From a virus (Duplodnaviria > Caudoviricetes): a stretch of DNA of 60,606 nt. The stretch spans positions 1 through 60,606 of the IMG/VR virus record IMGVR_UViG_3300037506_000247, one strand, 5' to 3'. The notes beneath the pieces were generated by a model that saw nothing but the letters and a program-made list of their open reading frames with translations, searched no databases and had not been told where the DNA came from. Position numbers and translations under genes: made by a program. Position 1 is the stretch's first letter; the number at the start of each line of letters is the position of its first letter. Positions 9,143-16,920 of the stretch are shown piece after piece.

Positions 9143-9206
9143 AAAAAAGTCCGGGCCGCCCGCTCGCGGAGGGCAACCCAAGCCCCCGCCGCGCTCCGGC
9201 CCGGAC
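9143..9206 (-). terminator. Long hairpin plus U-tract (terminator or attenuator)
   Basis: GTCCGGGCCG..CGGCCCGGAC arms followed by TTTTTT on the minus strand. Confidence 0.5.
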
Positions 9207-9244
9207 GACCTGTCGGCCGTCAGGCCAGACCGGACGCTGCTCCA

Positions 9245-10474
9245 CTACTCCGCCGCGGCCTCCTCTAGCTTCGGCTCGATCTTGTCCCAGGGCACGGCCT
9301 TGCGCACGTTCTTGAAGCCCTTGACCGCAGCTAGGTCGACGGTGCGCTTCTCGGCGTCCACGGCCTTGACCTCGTGGTCGGTCTCGGCCCTACCGGGCAC
9401 GAGCTTGCCGGCCTTGTTCTTCACGAGCGCCGGGTAGGGATAAATCTCGCCGACAGCGGGAGTCCACTCCACGGCCTCTTCCTCGGCGGTCTCCGCCTCT
9501 CCGCTGCGGGCAGACTCGATCATTTCAACCACGGCGATCCAGTCCTTGGCGTTTCTGACATCGTCCTCGGCGCAGCCGGCTTCCTTGGCCAGGCGAATCA
9601 ACTCAGTCTGCGCTCTCTTGCGGACGTCCAGGGTCACAGCCTTGTCAACCGCTCGAGCTGCCAGCTCCCGGAGGTCGGAACCTTCTTCGACCGAGGCCGG
9701 TTCACGGGTTGCACCTTCCTCGATCGGTCCTTCCTCGGCCGAAGATTCATCGGGCGAATCGGCCACGGCCGGCCCTTCGAGAACCGTCTCGGCGACGGCT
9801 GAAACGTCCGGCCCGTCCTCCCAGGGCTGGCCGTTGGCGGACGGAACGCCGGAAAACCAGTCATGAGGCCACGTTCCAGCGCTGTTGGGATACGCCTCGG
9901 TCGGGTCGCGCCAGCGCGTGTTGAAGCGAAAGCGCGGCTTGGCTTTGCGGATCGCGGCCAGGATCGAATCGAGGATTTTCCAACTCTGCTCCTCGGTGGT
10001 CGCCGAGGCCAGCGGGTGCGTCACTTCGTCGCCGGCCACGAGGCGTAGCACGTTGAGAGCATCCGCGATGTTCTCGTCACCGGGCACGACCTCCGACTGA
10101 CCGTCCCTGCCCCTGATCCGCTCAGCGCAGAGAGGCAGAGTCTTGTTGGTGCGCAACCCCTCAACCGGCACAGTCTGCGGCTCGCCCGCGATCCGCACCG
10201 ACTTGGTTGCCGGGTCCCAGACCTTCCTGACGTCCACGGCCGTCTTGGGGCTGAGGACCACACCGCCCAAGTACAGGAAATTCTGGCCGGTGCGCCCGGC
10301 CGCGTCGTTGGCCTTGGTCGGCTTGTAAACGCCGATCTTGGCTTCGCGCAGCTCGGCCACGCCGTTGACAATGCCGCCCGGCAACTCGGTGAAGTCCTGA
10401 GGCTGTCGGGTCTCGTCCCTGGCGTGAGCCTTGGCTGCGGCCAAGAATCCACTCTTTGCGGTCTGCGATGCCAT
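9245..10474 (-). CDS. Putative ssDNA-binding protein with acidic C-terminal half
   Basis: Strong GGAGGAG RBS. Lies directly downstream of the Sak4-like ATPase. Function inferred from synteny only. Confidence 0.5.
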   Translation of the reverse strand: MASQTAKSGFLAAAKAHARDETRQPQDFTELPGGIVNGVAELREAKIGVYKPTKANDAAGRTGQNFLYLGGVVLSPKTAVDVRKVWDPATKSVRIAGEPQTVPVEGLRTNKTLPLCAERIRGRDGQSEVVPGDENIADALNVLRLVAGDEVTHPLASATTEEQSWKILDSILAAIRKAKPRFRFNTRWRDPTEAYPNSAGTWPHDWFSGVPSANGQPWEDGPDVSAVAETVLEGPAVADSPDESSAEEGPIEEGATREPASVEEGSDLRELAARAVDKAVTLDVRKRAQTELIRLAKEAGCAEDDVRNAKDWIAVVEMIESARSGEAETAEEEAVEWTPAVGEIYPYPALVKNKAGKLVPGRAETDHEVKAVDAEKRTVDLAAVKGFKNVRKAVPWDKIEPKLEEAAAE

Positions 10475-10551
10475 TTGTGCACTCCTCCTACGTTGGATTG
10501 AGAAACGGAAACGGGTCAAACGAGAAACGAAAGGCGACATCATAACTCAAA

Positions 10552-11568
10552 TCACGTGACCTTTTCGCCTCGCAGGACTTGCATCAGCCGCCGATGCAAT
10601 TCCTGCGGCGTGCGGCCTTCAACAAACTCTGGCACGTTGTCGGGACTGGCGCTGCGCACACCCGCAGCGAAGTTGGTGTGCAGCTGAGTCAACAGGCGCC
10701 GGACCATCTTGCCCGTGCCGACCTCTTGCATGGTCTTGACGCCGGCCACTAGGTATTCCTCGGTCTTGATCTCCTCGGCCAAGTAAAGCCGGCAAACGCA
10801 GTCGCAGGCGTCCATCAACCAGCCGGCCGTGGCCTGCCCCAAGTCGGCGGCGACGAACGACTCCAGAGTCAGACCCCGCGTCAGCTTGTCGCGGCGCACG
10901 TTGCCCTTCTCGTCTCGCGGCGGATTGTGGTCGCGTTCTTTGCAGAGGATCACCCGATGTTTGCGGAGGTTCAAGAACTTTCGCAGCACTTCCTTGGCCT
11001 TGGCGCTCCGGTCCATGTAGTTGTCCGAAGTCGCCACGCCCCACGAGCGGTCGTCCTTGCTCCTGGCGACCTTCATCTGCGCTGGCAGCTCTGGCAGGTC
11101 CATTAGCTCGCAGAGCGCCACGTCTTGAAGGCTGGTGCCCCCGTCGAGGACAACGGTCTTGTAACGCTCGTCCTCCATCAGTTCCTCAGCAAGTTGGACC
11201 GCGCCCATCGTGCCGACCACGGGCAGCTGCCGGCCCTTGGGCCAGCGCTCTTCGGCCGTCGAGGGGATCACGAGGAAGTGGTCCACACCGGCCATCTTCT
11301 TGACCGAGACCGCGCCACCGGTAAACGGTGAAGGCTCGAACGACACTAGCGCCACTGGCTTCTCGAATTGGCAGGCCAGCGTAGTTTTTCCAACGCGGTT
11401 AGTCCCGTAGATCAAGACCGAGTACCACTCACTCCAGTCCAGCTCCGCCACGGGTACGGCCCGCGCGAGCATGGAGCCATTGGCGCTGGGCTTCCGTACC
11501 TGGTCCTTGGGTAACTGCTTTGTGACAGACACGGCTGTCTGCCGTACAGCAACTTCGATCTTCGGCAT
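10552..11568 (-). CDS. AAA_24/Sak4-like recombination ATPase
   Basis: LIYGTNRVGKTTLA, YKTVVLDGGT. Start MPKIE. Confidence 0.85.
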   Translation of the reverse strand: MPKIEVAVRQTAVSVTKQLPKDQVRKPSANGSMLARAVPVAELDWSEWYSVLIYGTNRVGKTTLACQFEKPVALVSFEPSPFTGGAVSVKKMAGVDHFLVIPSTAEERWPKGRQLPVVGTMGAVQLAEELMEDERYKTVVLDGGTSLQDVALCELMDLPELPAQMKVARSKDDRSWGVATSDNYMDRSAKAKEVLRKFLNLRKHRVILCKERDHNPPRDEKGNVRRDKLTRGLTLESFVAADLGQATAGWLMDACDCVCRLYLAEEIKTEEYLVAGVKTMQEVGTGKMVRRLLTQLHTNFAAGVRSASPDNVPEFVEGRTPQELHRRLMQVLRGEKVT

Positions 11569-11580
11569 GGGTTGCTCCTT

Positions 11581-11835
11581 TTACTTTCTTACTTCGGCTT
11601 CTCTGAAATTGATTCTGCTTCCCGTACCACTTCCGTTCGGCGTTGGAAGATTCGCATTCCAATAGGCCAGCGCCAATTCCACATCCTTGTCTAACAAAAT
11701 CCGCGCTGATTCGTACTTCACCCTATCTCCCTTGAAGTGGTTCTCGATTCCGTCGGATATCAAGCGCTCAACCATTCTAAGCGCCGAGTCCTTGGAGCCA
11801 TAAACCTCGCAGTCACAAACGATCCAGACTGTCAA
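11581..11835 (-). CDS. Hypothetical protein
   Basis: AGGAG RBS with TTG start. Fills the operon gap. Confidence 0.5.
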   Translation of the reverse strand: MTVWIVCDCEVYGSKDSALRMVERLISDGIENHFKGDRVKYESARILLDKDVELALAYWNANLPTPNGSGTGSRINFREAEVRK

Positions 11836-11849
11836 GATGTGTTGTGCTC

Positions 11850-12113
11850 CTACGTCCGGCGGCAACTGTCAACGCCGGCCACGAGGCCGGCCACGAACGC
11901 ATCGCCGCGATTAGTCAATGCCTCTCGGTAGACCGCAGCGAAGATTCGCCGCGCTGTCTCGGCTCCCTCGATCACGGCCAAAGGCTTCGCGCCGCCTGAC
12001 CCGTTCGTCTCATCATAGATGAATCGGACCTCCAGCCAGTCCGGCCGCAGCACGAGACGGTACATCCTCGTCCGCAACTCCCTCACCGAGTGGAGTTTGG
12101 CATCAGCGATCAT
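11850..12113 (-). CDS. Hypothetical protein
   Basis: ATGA overlap with the upstream gene. Confidence 0.6.
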   Translation of the reverse strand: MIADAKLHSVRELRTRMYRLVLRPDWLEVRFIYDETNGSGGAKPLAVIEGAETARRIFAAVYREALTNRGDAFVAGLVAGVDSCRRT

Positions 12114-13249
12114 GGCAACTCCGGGAAGAGATTCTTAACACGCCGCAGCCCGACGGTGGAACCAGTTGCCAAGTGCTCATCGAGGTCGGTGACGCCCACG
12201 CGCGCGTCCATCAACCCGCTGTAGACACCGAAGGGCATGCGGAAGTGGAGGCACGAAGGTCCGGCCCAGTGCTTGCACTTGCTGTCGTTCGTCACCACCT
12301 GCCACCAGTCACACAACTGCTCCAAGATCGGGTCAAGGCATTCGCGCTTGAATCGCTCCACATCTTCGGGCGCGATCTCGACTCTCCAACGCATGAAATA
12401 GTCTTGCGGACTTTCACGGATGTAGCTTGCAACCCGGTCCCAGTATTCATCCTCGGACTCACCGGCCGGGTTTGACTTGCTGGGTTCCCTGCGCTTGATC
12501 GTGCCTTTGCCGCCAGACAGCGGCCGGCGCACCACATTGTAACGCACACCGCCCACCGGGCTCTTGACGCTCGCCTTGAAATCGAAGTCGGACTCCAACA
12601 GCGCTACAACGTACATCATGGTCTGAAGGTCGAACGTCAATTGGCGCTTGATCTGCTGCTCGTCGGGATCGCCCTTGGACTTGTTTTCCTGAAGGTAAAT
12701 TGCGGCTTGCCGCCCCTTGCCGACCAGGTCCACCGAGTCAAACTTGCCGCGCAGTCTGACCGTCCTCCCCGACCGCAGAACGTGAGGTACGGAGAAAGAG
12801 CATTCCTGCAGCAACGGCGTTCGCGCCGTCACGTCAGGGTGCTTCGCCCAGTGGTCAACGTAGAGCGGGAATTGCAGGAGACAGACTCGATACCACTTGT
12901 CGATTTCTTCTCGCTGCATGGGATACTTGGCGCAGAGGGAACGACAATAACTCGTCAGCGCCGACTCCCAGGGCAACGTGGAACTCGCCGGCACAATGAC
13001 TTTCTCCGTGCCTGCCAGCGCTTCTTCGCAGACGTGCCACATGTTCCCGTATTCAATTCGGTGGTTGAACTTCTCGGCCGCTTGAAGGCCGTCTACTACC
13101 AACAGGCGAAAGCGTTCTCGGCAGACCAGGAACTTGCTCAAAAGCGAGAACGTGATGCCATCCTCCTCCGGACCTTTCCAGACGGGGACCTTGGACTTCT
13201 TGACAGACTTGGCGGCGCGGGCGAGCGGCGGGGTTTCGATGACAGGCAT
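12110..13249 (-). CDS. PD-(D/E)XK (Cas4/RecB-like) exonuclease
   Basis: TFSLLSKFLVCRERF, YGNMWH, LRGKFD..ENKS..QTMMY. Start MPVIE. Confidence 0.85.
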   Translation of the reverse strand: MPVIETPPLARAAKSVKKSKVPVWKGPEEDGITFSLLSKFLVCRERFRLLVVDGLQAAEKFNHRIEYGNMWHVCEEALAGTEKVIVPASSTLPWESALTSYCRSLCAKYPMQREEIDKWYRVCLLQFPLYVDHWAKHPDVTARTPLLQECSFSVPHVLRSGRTVRLRGKFDSVDLVGKGRQAAIYLQENKSKGDPDEQQIKRQLTFDLQTMMYVVALLESDFDFKASVKSPVGGVRYNVVRRPLSGGKGTIKRREPSKSNPAGESEDEYWDRVASYIRESPQDYFMRWRVEIAPEDVERFKRECLDPILEQLCDWWQVVTNDSKCKHWAGPSCLHFRMPFGVYSGLMDARVGVTDLDEHLATGSTVGLRRVKNLFPELP

Positions 13250-13273
13250 GGGTTGCTCCTGGGAGACGAGACT

Positions 13274-13827
13274 CTAGAGCTTGGCAAAAGCGCTTGCCAG
13301 CACAACCGTCGCGCACCTGACCATCAAGCGCTGTTGGACGGTGGGGGCGCGGAGGATGGCTGCTGGGTGAACCACGTCGATCACCCGCACGCCGTCGGGG
13401 ACTCGCAAGGACCACCGGTCTTGGGGTTGAGCCAATCCCGCGCCAGCGTGCCGACGCAGACGATCAAGCGCGGATTGGCGATCCGGACGAACTCGGCCAG
13501 GCGCGGCTAGCAGGCGATGATCGCATGACCGGGCGGTTCGACCGTTTTGCCGCCGCCTTCGCGGGGAATGCAGCATACCAAATTCGTGAAGGCCCATGAA
13601 AGTCGAGGCGTCGGCATCGCGTTGTCGATGATCGAGTCCATCAAGTGCCCGGCGGGTCCGCAGAATAGTCGGCCCAGCGCGTCCTCGGACTCTCCGGGCG
13701 ATTCACCCACGAAGAGCGCGTCACAGGGGATCGATCCGCGCGCCAGCATCACGCGCGAGCGATCCTCGCACAGCGGACACTCGCGGCAGTTCCCCCAGCG
13801 CTCGACGTGTTGTTGAAACAGGCTCAT
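13274..13827 (-). pseudogene. Uracil-DNA glycosylase family 4/5, interrupted by a TAG and a frameshift
   Basis: CRECPLC, FVGESPG..EDALGRLFCGPAG, TNLVCCIP, then AC*PRLAEF..PRLIVCVG (TAG 13509-13507). The C-terminal VVHPAAILR motif is in a different frame after about 13420. Confidence 0.85.
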
Positions 13828-14087
13828 CGGCAAGCTTCCTCGATGGCCTCGTCAACCTTCCTGATCAGGTCATCGTCGAGCAGCACGTTGACGGCCGCCC
13901 TGGCGGCCCTGCGCTCGTCCCAATCTAGATGGACTTCCTCAAATTCGACGGCCGCCGGCGGCAATATCTCCATGGCCCAGGCCAAAATCACTACCTGAGC
14001 CATCCCCGGCATCTCGACGATCCTGCCCTCTTTGATGCCGCGGCGAATGGCGCGCATCATATTCCGCAGTTACTCTTCGGTTTTCAT
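13824..14087 (-). CDS. Hypothetical protein; in-frame TAA at codon 6 unless it starts at 14060
   Basis: AAAGGGG RBS then MKTEE*LRNMMRAIR. Confidence 0.55.
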
Positions 14088-14108
14088 CGCATCAACCCCT
14101 TTCATCTT

Positions 14109-14603
14109 TCAAGTCCGATCTAGCCCGCGAACGGTCGCGTGCTTGCGCCGGCAATGCTCCGCGATGAGGATCGCGTCGGCGACCGCCAGCGTGATCGCCT
14201 CGCCTGGAAACAGCTTTTGCGCGTGAGCCTTGAGCCGATTTTTGAACTCCCCTTTCTTCTCACCCTTCTTGCGCGGCGCGATGCCCAGCGCCTTCTGCCA
14301 AGTCCTCGGCGTGACCTCTTCAAACGGCACGCCCAACGATACTAAGAACCCCTTCAACAGTCCGGTGTTGACGCCGAACTTGAACATAGTGCTGCCTGGA
14401 TTGCCCCTGTCGCCCACGTAACCGGTGTTGCGCTCGATCACCGCAAAGAAAAGCGGCTCGGCCGACAGCCAGCGCCAAATGTCACTCTCGGTCGGTGGCA
14501 TCGCCACGAAATCCAGCTCGTCGCCGGCGATCACGGCCAGTCCTCCCGACGCGCCCGGGTCGATGCCCAAGCACACACGCGCTTCGTTCTCAAGCATTGG
14601 CAT
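14109..14603 (-). CDS. RuvC-like Holliday junction resolvase
   Basis: LGIDPGASGGLA, AVIE, MFKFG, VTPRTWQK, ADAILIA. Start MPMLE. Confidence 0.88.
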   Translation of the reverse strand: MPMLENEARVCLGIDPGASGGLAVIAGDELDFVAMPPTESDIWRWLSAEPLFFAVIERNTGYVGDRGNPGSTMFKFGVNTGLLKGFLVSLGVPFEEVTPRTWQKALGIAPRKKGEKKGEFKNRLKAHAQKLFPGEAITLAVADAILIAEHCRRKHATVRGLDRT

Positions 14604-14805
14604 AGCGCCGCTCCTTTCTCTTGACGTTGATGACCACCGACTCGCCGCGGTCCTCGATTTCCAGGCGGACCGGTTTGCCGGTTGCAGCATTCCGCGCTTG
14701 CTGAATGATCGAGCTGGTCGGGCAACCGTAGTCACGCCCGCGGCGCAAGTGCAATCGGGCGCCAACCTTCAACCGCTTCCGCCAGTGGTAGATGTTGGGA
14801 TTCAT
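14590..14805 (-). CDS. Small basic hypothetical protein
   Basis: First gene of the leftward operon. Overlaps the resolvase start. Confidence 0.6.
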   Translation of the reverse strand: MNPNIYHWRKRLKVGARLHLRRGRDYGCPTSSIIQQARNAATGKPVRLEIEDRGESVVINVKRKERRYANA

Positions 14806-14905
14806 ACTCACCCCTGTCCCGAGCCGCGACAACAATTATAACGGTTGCCGGCGATCCTCGGCGGGCCGACACGGCGTCGATCCGTCTTTCCTGCGGATTT
14901 CGTCG

Positions 14906-14930
14906 TAAGTCCTTTACTGACAGCGACTTA
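14906..14930. promoter_or_regulatory. Inverted repeat TAAGTC-N13-GACTTA
   Basis: 6-bp arms in the divergent intergenic region. Confidence 0.35.
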
Positions 14931-14959
14931 AAAAATCCGAGAAAATCCGGGTTTCGGGC

Positions 14960-14989
14960 TTTACGCGGCCTCGTGAACTATTATAATAG
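14960..14989 (+). promoter_or_regulatory. Promoter with palindromic -10 (CTATTATAATAG)
   Basis: TTTACG-N16-TATAAT. Shares TATTATAATAG with 2909-2919. Confidence 0.6.
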
Positions 14990-15085
14990 ATAGCGTAAGC
15001 AAGTGATTTGGCAGCGAGAAACAACCTAGAGGCCAGTCCAGGCGAGTGACCTAGCGGCCGACGGGGACTAGATGAGGAAATAACC

Positions 15086-15295
15086 ATGTCAGAGACAATT
15101 TTCATTTACAACGAAAACTGCGTCATGGCCGGCCGCGCCGTCCCACGGCGCGAATTGGACCGGTACGAAGACCCTCGCGACGGCGGCGACTGGTCGGCTT
15201 ATGAGCTGTCCGAGGAGTCGGCACACGAATGGGAGCAGCGTTCCAGCCCGTTCGCCGTCCGTATCGCCAAGACAATCCGCGAAGCCTTGGCCTAA
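15086..15295 (+). CDS. Hypothetical early protein
   Basis: GAGGA RBS. First gene after the promoter. Confidence 0.7.
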   Translation: MSETIFIYNENCVMAGRAVPRRELDRYEDPRDGGDWSAYELSEESAHEWEQRSSPFAVRIAKTIREALA

Positions 15296-15373
15296 CTATA
15301 CCCCCACCAGCCAATGTACCCCCATCCGCCGCCCGGTGAGTGACCGGGACGGCGGACGGGGCTAAATGAGGAG

Positions 15374-15643
15374 ATGGACATGTGGACATCAGCTGAATTC
15401 CCGCACGAATGCAGGCGCCTGGCGTCAATAGCCTTCGACCGCTATGGGCGGGACATTGCACCTCTATATCTCGTCGGCATCAAACGTGACGGCCGCTGGA
15501 TTACGGCCATTGTTTCCTACGAGCTCGCCGATGGCGAGAGCTACATAATTGCGACCCATATTCCGCGCAATCTTGCCCTGGCACGTTTGACGGACTGGTT
15601 TGAAACTCATCTGCGGAGCGAGCCGGTTCTGAGTCCAGAGTGA
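15374..15643 (+). CDS. Hypothetical early protein
   Basis: GAGGAG RBS. Confidence 0.7.
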   Translation: MDMWTSAEFPHECRRLASIAFDRYGRDIAPLYLVGIKRDGRWITAIVSYELADGESYIIATHIPRNLALARLTDWFETHLRSEPVLSPE

Positions 15644-15700
15644 GCCCACGGGCCGCAGCGCACCGCGGGGAGTCGCGCTAATCAGCGGCGTCGAACGGAA

Positions 15701-15754
15701 CCTGTCCGCGGCTTCTTGGCCGCGCCGACGAGGCCCCGGAAGGGCCGAAACAGG
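15701..15754 (+). ncRNA. Type III hammerhead-like ribozyme (U4C core variant)
   Basis: CCTG-TC / stem I CGCGGC-TTCTTG-GCCGCG / core CCGACGA / stem II GGCCC-CGGAA-GGGCC / GAAA / CAGG. All three stems pair perfectly, with a GUC cleavage triplet. Confidence 0.75.
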
Positions 15755-15763
15755 AGCAACCCG

Positions 15764-16036
15764 ATGCTAGTAGGTTCACCCAAGCGAACGATCCAGTGCT
15801 GCTCGCAGGTCAACAGCGGCCGATGGTGCCAAGAGACTTACGAGACGGCCAGCCGGTTCGCCGGTCGCCGCGCCAAGTACCTGCGAGAGCGCGGGTATCA
15901 AGTCACGGTCAGCACGATGGGATCGCAAGTCACCCCACTCGGATTGATCAAGCTGACGCTCGTGGACATCCGCCCCGGAGTTCACGAAGGCACCTTTGAC
16001 CTTCCCGAAGTCATGAAGGTCGAATGGCCGCGCTAA
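15764..16036 (+). CDS. Hypothetical early protein
   Basis: AGGAG RBS then MLVGSPKRTIQ. Confidence 0.7.
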   Translation: MLVGSPKRTIQCCSQVNSGRWCQETYETASRFAGRRAKYLRERGYQVTVSTMGSQVTPLGLIKLTLVDIRPGVHEGTFDLPEVMKVEWPR

Positions 16037-16121
16037 GGACTCCCGGTGACGCCCCACTCATCCGAGGAGGGGCGACTCCGGCAGCCCTGCACAACGCAGG
16101 AGCCGAAAACAGGAGCAACCC

Positions 16122-16709
16122 ATGCCTGTCATCGAGGGGCGAGCCGCCAAGCCCTCGGTCGCTGATCGCCTGGCTGCGGTCGCCCGCCGGGAGGGCGTCC
16201 TCGCCTGCGATCTGCCCGGCCTCCACGACTGGCCCTGCAAGGCTGTCGTAGCCGCACTGCGGAAGGCCGGCATCGAGCGGTCCGACATGACAACAGGCAT
16301 CTGCCGCCAGGCAGACCGGATCAACCAGGAACGGACGGCAGCCATGATCGACCGGTTCAACACCCAATTCGAGTGGGACACACGTGGCGGGTTCTGGGTT
16401 GTGCCGGGCGACCCCGCCCGTGACCCAGCGCTGAATCGCGAGCTCGCGGAACGCCTGGTCGCCGACAAGCGGTTGAGCAGGTCCGCCCGCGAGCGGCTTG
16501 CCCCGATCCTGACCCCAGCGCCGAGCGCGGAACCATCCGCGCCGACGCAACCCGGCAAACCCCGAAAGTCCGACGAGCAACGGCTGCTCGAAGCGCAAAG
16601 GCGCGACGAGCGCCGCACCAGCGTTCTCAACCGCCGTGAAAAAAAGGCCCTCGTGGCCAAGATCAAGGCCCTACCCATGCGGCCTCCATCACAAAGGGGC
16701 GCTCCGTGA
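16122..16709 (+). CDS. Hypothetical protein
   Basis: AGGAGCAACCCATG leader. Start MPVIE. Confidence 0.7.
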   Translation: MPVIEGRAAKPSVADRLAAVARREGVLACDLPGLHDWPCKAVVAALRKAGIERSDMTTGICRQADRINQERTAAMIDRFNTQFEWDTRGGFWVVPGDPARDPALNRELAERLVADKRLSRSARERLAPILTPAPSAEPSAPTQPGKPRKSDEQRLLEAQRRDERRTSVLNRREKKALVAKIKALPMRPPSQRGAP

Positions 16710-16918
16710 GCTACCGTTGCGACATCTGCGTTCGGCACGTGAGACATTGCCAGCCTCGGCTCCTGCACGTTGTCAAACGCGACGACGGGCGGATCGAGCG
16801 TGAGCTGGCCGTTTGCCCTGAGTGCCAGGGCGAACTCGCTCGCGGCGTTCACCACCAAACCCTCATGAGCCTGGCGCGTCGCCGGGTTCAAAACCTCAAC
16901 CTGCAACCAGGGAGTTGA
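16706..16918 (+). CDS. Small zinc-ribbon-like protein
   Basis: CDIC..CPEC. GTGA overlap with the upstream gene. Confidence 0.55.
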   Translation: MSYRCDICVRHVRHCQPRLLHVVKRDDGRIERELAVCPECQGELARGVHHQTLMSLARRRVQNLNLQPGS

Positions 16919-16920
16919 CA

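Noticed and set aside
12110-13249. Cas4-like nuclease as evidence of a CRISPR system
   Set aside because: No repeat-spacer array or other cas genes were seen. The context is a phage recombination module.
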